From a virus (lineage: Duplodnaviria > Caudoviricetes): a DNA stretch of 26,111 bases. The stretch's first letter is position 1. Each line of letters opens with the position of its first letter. Both the position numbers and the translations under genes were made by a program. Below, one piece after another: positions 1 through 8,750 of the stretch. The notes beneath the pieces were generated by a model, which did not search any database, had not been told where the DNA came from, and saw nothing but the letters and a program-made list of their open reading frames with translations. The stretch is from positions 1-26,111 of the IMG/VR virus record IMGVR_UViG_3300020045_001876; one strand, written 5' to 3'.

Positions 1-1
1 T

Positions 2-250
2 TTTACTTATCTGTAAAAGTTGCGACAGGAATAATTGCTGATCATACTGGTTGGTGTTCATCATTAAATCAGTAATGTCTTTCCCGTCCACCAATTCATT
101 TACAAATATGTGGTTAGAGGGATTAGCTTCTTTAAAGTTATAAGCCAGAAACCAATAGTTTACTCCGTTACCAAACGGATTGTGCATGAATATAATCGGG
201 GTCGATGAATAGTATGCAAACATCTCTGCCCTTCCTAATAGATTAATCAT
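2..250 (-). CDS. hypothetical protein, partial (runs off left edge)
   Basis: Not in the ORF track. Manual translation from ATG at 250 (ATGA overlap with the stop of the upstream gene) is open to the window edge: MINLLGRAEMFAYYSSTPIIFMHNPFGNGVNYWFLAYNFKEANPSNHIFVNELVDGKDITDLMMNTNQYDQQLFLSQLLQISK. Confidence 0.75.
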   Translation of the reverse strand, partial: MINLLGRAEMFAYYSSTPIIFMHNPFGNGVNYWFLAYNFKEANPSNHIFVNELVDGKDITDLMMNTNQYDQQLFLSQLLQISK

Positions 251-588
251 TTATTACCTCCCATTGCCATTCGTTTGTTATCATCCATGATCCGTTGTTT
301 ATGACGACCTAAATCGCCCTTGTCAGTCTTGTCAAAATGTTTCATTGATCTTTTGTGCATAGCTTCCCTCTTCTGATTAGGGTCCAAGCTGTCAAATTCA
401 TTGAACAGCAATGTTGGCATTGTTTCATTCCTAATCTGAGTTAACGGTTTTCCGCATGATTTACATAGAATAGGGTCACTAGGGTCAAGTTGGTTTGTCA
501 ATTTATTGAATACCAATCTTACCTTAGGAACAATGACTTCCCCACATACCAAACCGCATTCTTCGTTTGTACATAAAAATCTTGCCAT
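247..588 (-). CDS. small zinc-ribbon protein, function unknown
   Basis: 113 aa with Cys pairs CTNEEC and CKSC and a basic helical C-terminus; TAATG overlap with the upstream gene at 588. Confidence 0.6.
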   Translation of the reverse strand: MARFLCTNEECGLVCGEVIVPKVRLVFNKLTNQLDPSDPILCKSCGKPLTQIRNETMPTLLFNEFDSLDPNQKREAMHKRSMKHFDKTDKGDLGRHKQRIMDDNKRMAMGGNK

Positions 589-1118
589 TACGTAATATAC
601 CTTTTACATAATTCGTGTAACTTCAAACGGTCTTGGAGTCCGTTCGTACCCCCATTTATTTTCTCAGTGATTATTATGAAACTTTCCGGAGTATCCAAAT
701 CGGCTATCACATTCAATCCTTTTTTAAACCAGAACCAACAGGCTGAACGGACAGCAAGTTCGGGACCCTGTAACATCTGAGGATTCTTAAGTAAATCAAT
801 ACCAAAGGCTTTACCAACCCTGTCATAATTTGCTCGCCCTGTTATCTGAATTAGACCACGGCCTTTGAAATTAACACCGTCCCCAGCTTGAATATTACCC
901 AGATCTTTTCTCCCTTCATAAGCTGCCCCAGAAGCAATTTCCTTTGAATAGAATAACTGCCCTGATTCATGACCTACCTGTGCTAAGAATGCTCGTTTGC
1001 GAACCGGAGTGGTTATTAAATAATAATCCATCCACTTATCGAGGAATGGTAAATACTTCATCCGGTTCACAAACATTGAATCTGGATAAATCTCTTTTAG
1101 AATTTCTTCTGTTAACAT
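588..1118 (-). CDS. glycoside hydrolase family 19 (chitinase/lysozyme-like) endolysin
   Basis: Motifs FLAQVGHESG, YEGRKDLGN, FKGRGLIQITGRANY and INGGTNGLQDR are typical of phage GH19 lysins. Start moved from 1154 to the ATG at 1118 (MLTEE), 1 nt after the upstream stop. Confidence 0.9.
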   Translation of the reverse strand: MLTEEILKEIYPDSMFVNRMKYLPFLDKWMDYYLITTPVRKRAFLAQVGHESGQLFYSKEIASGAAYEGRKDLGNIQAGDGVNFKGRGLIQITGRANYDRVGKAFGIDLLKNPQMLQGPELAVRSACWFWFKKGLNVIADLDTPESFIIITEKINGGTNGLQDRLKLHELCKRYIT

Positions 1119-1119
1119 C

Positions 1120-1299
1120 TTAATTGAATTTAGCTTCAATATACCGGCTTTCAATCAGATTGTACATACCCTGAACATCTGAAGAAAGTATGTTACCATT
1201 TCCTGATACGAATTCTTCAAAACTCATATTAGGGTTCCAATTGTAGCCAAGGGAGATATCCCTTAGTTCTTTTTTCGTTAAAATCTTTCCCTCTTCCAT
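1120..1299 (-). CDS. hypothetical protein
   Basis: Fills the gap between the resolvase and the lysin. Likely start is the ATG at 1299 (MEEGK), 1 nt after the resolvase stop; the ORF track gives 1329. Confidence 0.6.
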   Translation of the reverse strand: MEEGKILTKKELRDISLGYNWNPNMSFEEFVSGNGNILSSDVQGMYNLIESRYIEAKFN

Positions 1300-1300
1300 T

Positions 1301-1816
1301 TTATTTGAAATTACGTTTAGAATATTCACACATCAATAATGCATCAACTTTACCATCGTGTGAAGTTCTGCACCTTGGTGTATCTCTCAAATCAACCGCA
1401 GGGAAAAGCCTTTTTGCGGAAATCTCAGCCATTGATTTTGTATCAACCACCATTGTCTTACCTGTTGATTGTTTCATCATCTGAACAGCAACACCCTCAA
1501 ACATCTGCTTCTGCCACTTCTTAGGCTGAATTTTCGTGTAAGGAATACCGGCCATTACTAACATACCTTCAATCAATCCACACCCGAATCCAAATGTAAA
1601 TGTGCTTCCTGCGGCAGAACCAAATATTGCATGAACATCTTCAAGGGTGCAATGCACATCCCCCAAATGAGATATATGTCCAATAATTGTAGCCAATTCC
1701 AGAATGTCGAATTCCTTCCCAATTTTAGGGATAGGGTGAAATTCAAATTCGCCACCATAATTTATACAGATGTACCCATCTTTCCCAGGATCAATCCCAA
1801 CGAATGTCTTACCCAT
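1301..1816 (-). CDS. ruvC: RuvC-like Holliday junction resolvase
   Basis: N-terminal VGIDPG, central LEDV, FTFGFGCG, PKKWQK and C-terminal DGKVDALL fit the RNase H-fold catalytic D/E/D pattern. Likely start 1816 (MGKTFVGIDPG); the ORF track gives 1873. Confidence 0.8.
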   Translation of the reverse strand: MGKTFVGIDPGKDGYICINYGGEFEFHPIPKIGKEFDILELATIIGHISHLGDVHCTLEDVHAIFGSAAGSTFTFGFGCGLIEGMLVMAGIPYTKIQPKKWQKQMFEGVAVQMMKQSTGKTMVVDTKSMAEISAKRLFPAVDLRDTPRCRTSHDGKVDALLMCEYSKRNFK

Positions 1817-2063
1817 GGTTTTCAAGTTTTGAGAATTCAGCATTTTCAAACATTTCAGTTGGGAATTGCTCATGGAACTGTTCTTCTGTCATTTCGTCGC
1901 AAACCATGTTGTGGACATATTCTTCAGCCATTTCAAGTTCATTACGAAGCTTCAGGTATTGTTCCTGACACCAGATAAGGAATGATACTGTTTTGATATT
2001 GGCATCCAAACCGGTATCACCCTTGTACTCAATTTTTAAATCTTCTTCAGTCAATTTTTTCAT
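1809..2063 (-). CDS. hypothetical acidic protein
   Basis: 84 aa ORF with an ATGA overlap with the upstream gene and a short overlap with the resolvase start. Confidence 0.65.
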   Translation of the reverse strand: MKKLTEEDLKIEYKGDTGLDANIKTVSFLIWCQEQYLKLRNELEMAEEYVHNMVCDEMTEEQFHEQFPTEMFENAEFSKLENHG

Positions 2064-2260
2064 ATTCCAAAAATAATGTCAAGTTTCTCAATCATGTTCA
2101 CTCTCAATAATTCGTCGTTGAATTCGAAAGTTTCAACTTCAATTTTATCCCTTGATGTATTAAAATATACATTCAATTTTGTTTTACCAAAGGGTAGGTA
2201 TTTCTTAATTGTAGAAATCCTAAGCCTCGTTTCTTTAATCCTAATAAATTGTTGTGCCAT
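2060..2260 (-). CDS. hypothetical protein
   Basis: 66 aa ORF starting 5 nt after the SbcC stop; fits the operon packing. Confidence 0.65.
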   Translation of the reverse strand: MAQQFIRIKETRLRISTIKKYLPFGKTKLNVYFNTSRDKIEVETFEFNDELLRVNMIEKLDIIFGI

Positions 2261-2265
2261 GTCGT

Positions 2266-4302
2266 TTACTTATTTAAAACGATTTTAGAGATCCCTTTTT
2301 CTTTCCTTATTAATAATACGTTTCCACCAATTGAACGGTTTGTAACGTGTGTAGTGAGCATTATTGTCTTATTCATGTTAGATAATGACTTCATCAAATC
2401 AGACAATCCGAGAGCGTCGATCCCTTCACCAACTTCATCAGTAGCAAGGAAATCCAACCCACCGTACTTGTGGGTACTGTTAATCATACGTTGCAATGTT
2501 AGAATCATAGCGTACTCCATCCTCACCCTTTCTCCACCGGAGAATGTCCAGAATCCACGCATACGATTATCCCTTATAATGTAGGGGGTGATTTCTTCTT
2601 TCAAAGTTCCATTCCCTAACATCTTAATCCCTTCCCATTTAATCTGTATGTCAGATTTTATTTCCTGAAGGAATTTATTACAGTACCCTTGAATAATCTT
2701 AAGGGAAGAATTCGCAAGGAACATATTGAATTTCTTGAAATTGAAAATCCACTGGGAAGTTTCAAATATCTGAATTTTCTTTTTACGAATCGAATAATTG
2801 ATGTTCCGTAGCTTTTCCCCTTCGGCTTTCATTTGTTTACGAAGTTCAGTTACTCGAACCATGTCGATGTCTTTAACTTTAAATTCATCGATCACCTTAC
2901 GGATATTATTGATCTTTTCAACAATCTGTTTGCTTTCTTCGGTAAGAACTTCACTTCGGTTCTGGCTCTTCTTTTTGTTTGTTTCAAAAGTATTAATGTC
3001 TCTTTTGTCACTGAACAAATCAGTTTCAATATCCTCTATGTCCTTCTTGATTTTACTTTTACGTTTGATGATTTCAGATTCTTCTGCTTGAATTTCTGAA
3101 CGCTTTCCTTCCACAACCTTGTACTCAGTGGTAAAAGATTCAAGCTGTTTAAATATTTTAGCAATAGATTCTTCAGTGGCAACCAGCAAGTTGCATGTTT
3201 CAACCTTAGCTGCTTTCTCTTCTTCAATATCAATGTCGGGGTCAGCAACAAGGAACCGATGAGAACATTTTGGGCACACAACCGAACCGGTAATATTGTT
3301 CTCAATTTCAGACAAAATGGCCTCAATTTCCCATTTATTTTTGTCTAAGGCTGATTGTTCTTTTGATGCTTTTAACCTGCCTTGAGAAACATTAAACAGC
3401 TCTTGCTCTACTGTTGCATATTGTTTTGTGAAATCATGTTCAGCTAATTTTTCAAGAGACTTACTTATTTCGGCAATCGTCGTTGATTTTGCAAGTATTT
3501 CAGATCGTTTCTGTTCGATGTCCTTATCTATTTTAATAATCTTAAACATCTCAGCTTGTATACTTTCACTGTTGTCGTCGAGATCCCATTTAATAGAAAC
3601 GATCTGTTCTTCCAAAGCTGTTATTTCATCCTCTGCTTCTTTCTTCAAGTCACGGTGCAATTCAAATTTAACCTGATCATTCAATGTCCGGACAGTTGCA
3701 ATGATTGATGTCTTGTTCCTGTCGTAGTTTTTCAAGTCCTGTTCAAAGGTATCTACATCTTCCTGAACAACCTTATCCACACCGTCAATGAGTTTGGCGT
3801 TACTGAATCGGTTTATCATTTCAATCTTCTCCCTGTTGCTTGAAGAGAAAAATGATTTATACCGTTCTTTGTTAATGATATAGTAGTTCTGAAGATCTTC
3901 CTTCGAAATTCCAATCCAATCAAGAATGAATCTATTACCATCAACTACAGTAGCGAAGGATTGTGGTTCATTGTTTATTGTTATTGAAAGTGCGGAACTC
4001 CCTTTCAGTTTAATTTTACGAGTGACCACCATTGTCTGTTTACGAACAGGACAATTAATTGTCAAAGATACGGTTGCTTCATCTTCCCCCCAGAAAATCA
4101 AATCAGCTTCCGAAGGTTTCTCGGTTGCTTTGAATGCAGCATATTCTACTGCTGATTGAAGGGATGATTTACCCGAACCGTTAGATTCCTGTGAATCCTC
4201 TGTTAGGTTCTCCCCCTGAATCAATACTGGGTCAAGTTCGAAGTCATAGTTCAATTCCTTAAAGGAAAGAAAATTTGACGCTGTTACATTAATTATTCGC
4301 AT
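2266..4302 (-). CDS. sbcC: SbcC/Rad50-like SMC ATPase (T4 gp46-like recombination nuclease subunit)
   Basis: N-terminal NFLSF, Walker A (SNGSGKS), long coiled coil with central CPKC zinc hook, ABC signature FSGGE, Walker B LATDE, H-loop TTH. Confidence 0.92.
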   Translation of the reverse strand: MRIINVTASNFLSFKELNYDFELDPVLIQGENLTEDSQESNGSGKSSLQSAVEYAAFKATEKPSEADLIFWGEDEATVSLTINCPVRKQTMVVTRKIKLKGSSALSITINNEPQSFATVVDGNRFILDWIGISKEDLQNYYIINKERYKSFFSSSNREKIEMINRFSNAKLIDGVDKVVQEDVDTFEQDLKNYDRNKTSIIATVRTLNDQVKFELHRDLKKEAEDEITALEEQIVSIKWDLDDNSESIQAEMFKIIKIDKDIEQKRSEILAKSTTIAEISKSLEKLAEHDFTKQYATVEQELFNVSQGRLKASKEQSALDKNKWEIEAILSEIENNITGSVVCPKCSHRFLVADPDIDIEEEKAAKVETCNLLVATEESIAKIFKQLESFTTEYKVVEGKRSEIQAEESEIIKRKSKIKKDIEDIETDLFSDKRDINTFETNKKKSQNRSEVLTEESKQIVEKINNIRKVIDEFKVKDIDMVRVTELRKQMKAEGEKLRNINYSIRKKKIQIFETSQWIFNFKKFNMFLANSSLKIIQGYCNKFLQEIKSDIQIKWEGIKMLGNGTLKEEITPYIIRDNRMRGFWTFSGGERVRMEYAMILTLQRMINSTHKYGGLDFLATDEVGEGIDALGLSDLMKSLSNMNKTIMLTTHVTNRSIGGNVLLIRKEKGISKIVLNK

Positions 4303-4658
4303 AATACGTAGTCTGGTAATGATGATTTAATGCTTTGGAAAAATGATTCTGCTCCAGCCATTGCATCAAAGTATTCTTCATGAATAGTTGGAACATCTTG
4401 TATATTAATAACTACACTGGGTTTTACCATGAGAATCTTTCCATTGATAAAATACTTGAACATCTGATCTTCAGGTAAAGGTCCACTATCAAAACAACTA
4501 TTGCTATAGAACCCCGCAGGTGAGATCTTTTCTTTAAAAATTTTACGGTCAACCCAGCTTGGAACATACTCTTCAAACCACTTCCATCTTTCTGATTGGT
4601 AAGATTCTATGATACGAGCCCAAATTATCTTGTCGGTATTTATCACCAAATTTTTCAT
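4293..4658 (-). CDS. hypothetical protein
   Basis: 121 aa ORF overlapping the recA stop (ATGA) and the sbcC start. Confidence 0.65.
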   Translation of the reverse strand: MKNLVINTDKIIWARIIESYQSERWKWFEEYVPSWVDRKIFKEKISPAGFYSNSCFDSGPLPEDQMFKYFINGKILMVKPSVVINIQDVPTIHEEYFDAMAGAESFFQSIKSSLPDYVLCE

Positions 4659-5623
4659 AGCCCAAGAGTTTCATAAATTTTAATTGTTATTTCTCTTAGC
4701 AATTCAGGATTGTCTTCCATGATGAGTTTCACCCCATTAGAGCCTTGCCCTAGCTTCGTTTCTCCGTAACTGTACCAACTCCCTGACTTCTTGATAATAC
4801 TGAATTCTACAGCAATATCTACAAGTTCGGCAATCTTATCAATACCGGTTCCGAATTCAATGTTGAATTCACATTTCTTGAACGGTGGGGCAACCTTGTT
4901 CTTTACCACTTTAACCCTTGTCCGGTTAGCTGTTACCTCGTCCCCATCTTTTTCCTGTCCACAACGAGCTATTTCAAGTCTTTGAGAAGCATAAAATTTA
5001 AGAGAGTTGCCACCCATTGTTGTTTGCGGGTTACCAAACACTACCCCAATCTTTTCTCTCAATTGGTTAATGAATAGGATCACGGCCTTACTTCTTTTAC
5101 AGTCCTGTAAAAGTGTTGGTAACATAGATGACATCAGCCTTGCAGCTAACCCCATTTTACTGTCTCCAGCTTCCCCAGCGATAACGGCCTTAGGTAACAG
5201 GGCACCTACAGAATCAAATACAATCAAGCCAACCTCTTCAGATTTTAAGAATTCTCTCATCAGTTCCAAAGCTGTTTCCCCATCATCCGGTTGGGACAAT
5301 ATAAAATTACTTCCAGGTTCAAACGAAATATTCACCCCAAGTGCTTCAGCATAATATACATCCAAGGCATTTTCCATGTCGATGTAAACAACCTTCTGCC
5401 CAAGTTTCTGAACCTCAGCAGCCAATGTCAAAGCCAATGTTGATTTACCGGAGCTTTCCCAACCATACAGTTCAGCTATACGACCTTTGGCAAATCCACC
5501 ACCCATTGCTATGTCAAGCCCAATAGAACCTGATGATACGAATTCGACTTCAATTTTACTACCTACAATAATTTCTTTACCGAATCTTTTCTCGACATTC
5601 TTTATTACGTCATCTACTTTCAT
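4655..5623 (-). CDS. recA: RecA recombinase
   Basis: SSGSIGLDIAMGGG, Walker A GWESSGKST, DSVGAL, ARLMS, FINQLREKIGVVFGNPQTTMGGNSLKFYASQRL, VKNKVAPPF, GSWYSY. Confidence 0.97.
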   Translation of the reverse strand: MKVDDVIKNVEKRFGKEIIVGSKIEVEFVSSGSIGLDIAMGGGFAKGRIAELYGWESSGKSTLALTLAAEVQKLGQKVVYIDMENALDVYYAEALGVNISFEPGSNFILSQPDDGETALELMREFLKSEEVGLIVFDSVGALLPKAVIAGEAGDSKMGLAARLMSSMLPTLLQDCKRSKAVILFINQLREKIGVVFGNPQTTMGGNSLKFYASQRLEIARCGQEKDGDEVTANRTRVKVVKNKVAPPFKKCEFNIEFGTGIDKIAELVDIAVEFSIIKKSGSWYSYGETKLGQGSNGVKLIMEDNPELLREITIKIYETLGL

Positions 5624-5624
5624 C

Positions 5625-6686
5625 TTAAATCTTTTTATTTAAAAAGTTTAACCCCTGTTCGAAGGACAATCCTTCTTTTTCGCAGAACTTTTTGAATTCT
5701 TCCTTGATGCTTTCCTTTGTGTGTTCCACAACTTCAGCAGATGCAGAATATTCAATGTCGTCTTCAATCTCTTTGTTCTTAGTCTTAACATCAATCCCGA
5801 GTGAAGTGAAATCTTCCTTCTTCAAGGATTTAAGAGCCTGTTCTGAACCAACAAATTCGAACCGAATGTTGTTTTCATTCCCTTTGTATTCCCTTTTCAG
5901 CTTATTAATCCCATCCGTATCCGTTTCATCAAGGTTTATTTTAACCTTAATAAATTCTTTGAATGAAGACCTTATCAGACTGTGAGAACCATCGGAATAC
6001 AGAACGGTGAATCCTTTTTCTGAATTCTCACCGAAATTGTTCTGTTGAATAGAGGGTATGTGGAAGAAATTCTTTCCGATTTGTTGTTGGTCATGATAAT
6101 GTCCGGAGAATACTTTGAAGAAGTCCTTGAACATTCCCGATGAAATAGTAGAAGATACAAGAGTGCCGTCATTATTTCTCGATCCTGTGACTGCAATATG
6201 TGAGCAAAATATGTGTTTTCCATCTTTTTGAGTTTCATGTGCAAATCCAATATAATCCCCGACAAATGAACTGAACTGTTCCAACCAAACTTCTTCCTCG
6301 AAGAACGGCTGCATATGAATGTACAATTTATGTTCAGGGAAAGGTATACCTCCAGCCAATTCAACTAAATGAAAATTGTGACGGCCTTTATACGGAGACA
6401 GAAATGATTCGATTCCGGTGTAAATTGTTTTATCATGATTACCTGGAATCAGCCAAAATTCTAATCCGTAAGAATCAATTAAATCAAGGATGTGACCAAA
6501 AGCTGTGAGAACATCTTCACGCTGGGCTATTCTTGAATCAAAGACATCCCCAAGGCACATAAGATATTTTACCCCAAGCGATTTAGCTAATTCGCATTTC
6601 TGTTTTACCAAATCGATTATTTGGTTAATGTTTTCTTTCTTCAGATGCCAATCTGTTGAATTTATTACTAAGGGAATTTTATTCAT
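5625..6686 (-). CDS. sbcD: SbcD/Mre11-like metallophosphoesterase nuclease (T4 gp47-like)
   Basis: Calcineurin-like motifs DWH, GDVFD, GNHD, SH and GHYH; close to the SbcC gene. Confidence 0.9.
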   Translation of the reverse strand: MNKIPLVINSTDWHLKKENINQIIDLVKQKCELAKSLGVKYLMCLGDVFDSRIAQREDVLTAFGHILDLIDSYGLEFWLIPGNHDKTIYTGIESFLSPYKGRHNFHLVELAGGIPFPEHKLYIHMQPFFEEEVWLEQFSSFVGDYIGFAHETQKDGKHIFCSHIAVTGSRNNDGTLVSSTISSGMFKDFFKVFSGHYHDQQQIGKNFFHIPSIQQNNFGENSEKGFTVLYSDGSHSLIRSSFKEFIKVKINLDETDTDGINKLKREYKGNENNIRFEFVGSEQALKSLKKEDFTSLGIDVKTKNKEIEDDIEYSASAEVVEHTKESIKEEFKKFCEKEGLSFEQGLNFLNKKI

Positions 6687-6699
6687 GGAAAGTTAAATG

Positions 6700-6724
6700 A
6701 AGGGGAGTTTGCTGTCCTCCCCTT
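6700..6724 (-). terminator. GC-rich hairpin, possible intrinsic terminator or mRNA-stabilising stem after the SSB-like gene
   Basis: AAGGGGAG (6700-6707), 9-nt loop, CTCCCCTT (6717-6724) form a perfect 8-bp stem in the 47-bp gap. On the minus strand only a broken U-rich tail follows (CATTTAACTTT). Confidence 0.6.
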
Positions 6725-6733
6725 GATTTTAAA

Positions 6734-8158
6734 TTACTGTTGTTGTCTTCTTCTGTTACGCAGATTAGAAATCTGGCTGGATAATTCAGTTTCATTTATA
6801 GCTCCAGCTTCTGACACTGCTTCTTTTACCACGGGAGTCTGTTCAGGTTCTTTTTCAACAACCTTTTCAACTTTCTTAGTAACAATAGGGAGGTCTTCCC
6901 CTTCGGACATGATTTCGTACCATTTTTCAATTTGTACGTCACCGTTTGGAACCTGAGAGGCATATTCGTCGCCGAAAGTTTTACGGACATATTTCTTCAA
7001 AGCGATTTTCATATCCAAAATCGTCATTCCGTCTTCATCGTCCACTTCCTGCTCATCGTCAACTACAACTGCATCCTCAACTGTCCCTTTATTTACTGCA
7101 GAAGCTACAGCAGCTTTTGCCATGTCGGCAGCTTCATTCTTTTCTTTGAATACATTTTTGGCTTCCGGCTTCTTTTCGAACGCTTTGTCGATGTCCTTGT
7201 CGTCTTTTTTGTATTCAACAACAAGTCCGTCAAGTTCCTGGATTTCGTCAAGGAATTCTTCGTTATCGAAGATACCGTATTTGTTATCTTCGTCGAATCT
7301 GCGTAGGCCATCCAAAGCCATATCCCAATCACGAGAGGTATAAACCTTATTCCCCATGATTTTTGACAACGGTTCCTGACCAATCAGTTCTTCCAATTGT
7401 GCATCAGTTACCATTGTGCGGGTAAAATAATCATCCCAGCTTTCACGTTTAGCACGGGATGGTTCACCTTTGGTGATTATGTACTCCCATTTGTCAGTTA
7501 CCTTCCCCTGTTTATCTTCAGCATGCTGTTTGGTTATAATAAGTTCACAACCTTCATTTGGATCGCTGAAAGGATCTGTTTCAATAACGTCTCCGGCTTC
7601 TTCGGAATTATTCAATTTGTCCATATCCCGAATCATACTGTCATACAATTCCAAACGGCCAACTTTACCATCTTTGACGGCATAAGCTACAAACGATGTC
7701 TTTGGAGAAATCCCCCAATTCCAACCTTTTTTGTCACGCCATCCGGTAATCGGGGCGAGGAATGTTGATTTTTTATCTTTCTCGGTGAATTCATCATTGG
7801 CACGTTTACGAACGTATTCAATGTACAATTCTACAGGGTCTTTGGGGAGGCCACCGTGCTGGGTTGCGCAGAAAATATTTTTATTCTTTACTTCTGTTGT
7901 TCCGGTGTCTTCTCCGTCTTTGTAAACAGGAACTTCACATTTCAGCATTGCTACTCGTTTTGGCAAGTAAGCTGCTCCGATTGTGTCTTCTGGGTGAGGT
8001 GGTAACATACGGAAGACGTTACGGCCTTCTTCGATTGTTAAGAAACCGACACGACCATTGTTATCGTATCCTGATTTATTGTTGGCCTGTGCATCTTTTT
8101 GGACGGCTTTATTGGCCGAATTATTTGCGCCCTTAAATTTTGTTCTGTCGAATGCCAT
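6734..8158 (-). CDS. probable single-stranded DNA-binding protein (gp32-like)
   Basis: N-terminal FLTIEEGRNVFRMLPP and later DPFSDPNEGCELIITK resemble phage gp32-type SSBs. It has a long acidic low-complexity C-terminal half and lies among recombination genes. Confidence 0.55.
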   Translation of the reverse strand: MAFDRTKFKGANNSANKAVQKDAQANNKSGYDNNGRVGFLTIEEGRNVFRMLPPHPEDTIGAAYLPKRVAMLKCEVPVYKDGEDTGTTEVKNKNIFCATQHGGLPKDPVELYIEYVRKRANDEFTEKDKKSTFLAPITGWRDKKGWNWGISPKTSFVAYAVKDGKVGRLELYDSMIRDMDKLNNSEEAGDVIETDPFSDPNEGCELIITKQHAEDKQGKVTDKWEYIITKGEPSRAKRESWDDYFTRTMVTDAQLEELIGQEPLSKIMGNKVYTSRDWDMALDGLRRFDEDNKYGIFDNEEFLDEIQELDGLVVEYKKDDKDIDKAFEKKPEAKNVFKEKNEAADMAKAAVASAVNKGTVEDAVVVDDEQEVDDEDGMTILDMKIALKKYVRKTFGDEYASQVPNGDVQIEKWYEIMSEGEDLPIVTKKVEKVVEKEPEQTPVVKEAVSEAGAINETELSSQISNLRNRRRQQQ

Positions 8159-8163
8159 GTTAA

Positions 8164-8685
8164 TTACTTTTTAATTTCTGTAATGCTTTTTCGCTTCTTT
8201 AAAATGATGTTGTTTATTGTGCCGTCAATAAGTTCGGCAAAGAGATCTTCAGGAGTAACCCCCCTTACTAAATTGTTCAGTTTCTGATCTTTTGACTTTA
8301 CTGCCCACCAAAGGCTTTCCACGATCGATACATTAAATTGTGCATTGATTACGTTTTTCTTTTCATTTTGGTAAACAGGGTCAATAGATACCATTTCATC
8401 CAGTCCGGCTTCAGTGATTTTTACCGCTGTAGCTACTGCTTCTTTTCGGAATCTTTGTCTTAGTTGTCCTTCATAAACTTCTTGATTTAGTTTCTTTTCA
8501 GCATAAATTTTTTCAGCCTGAGATTTCAAAATACCAACCTGATTCATGAGTGCGGAAATTGTTACCGCTTCCCCATATAAATTTGAATAGTCAATCGATA
8601 ACAACTGATCGGTATCGACTTCTTCATCAAAATCACGGCTTTCTAATGTTACAGGCTTGTTGCCTAAATGAATTAAAGTTCTCAT
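8164..8685 (-). CDS. possible UvsY-like recombination mediator
   Basis: 173 aa, apparently all-helical, with KITEAGLDEMVSIDPVY and a C-terminal AVKSKDQKL pattern reminiscent of UvsY; directly upstream of the SSB-like, SbcD and RecA genes. Confidence 0.45.
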   Translation of the reverse strand: MRTLIHLGNKPVTLESRDFDEEVDTDQLLSIDYSNLYGEAVTISALMNQVGILKSQAEKIYAEKKLNQEVYEGQLRQRFRKEAVATAVKITEAGLDEMVSIDPVYQNEKKNVINAQFNVSIVESLWWAVKSKDQKLNNLVRGVTPEDLFAELIDGTINNIILKKRKSITEIKK

Positions 8686-8702
8686 TCTTTTTAATTGAGG
8701 TA

Positions 8703-8742
8703 TAAAGATAAATGTTTTATTTTGAATATAAAAATTATAATT
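8703..8742 (-). promoter_or_regulatory. possible degenerate Bacteroidota-type promoter upstream of the UvsY-like gene
   Basis: Minus-strand TATCTTTA (8710-8703) is one mismatch from TAnnTTTG. A degenerate copy of the TATAA-N3-TTATA palindrome lies at about 8724-8742. Confidence 0.35.
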
Positions 8743-8750
8743 AAAATAAA

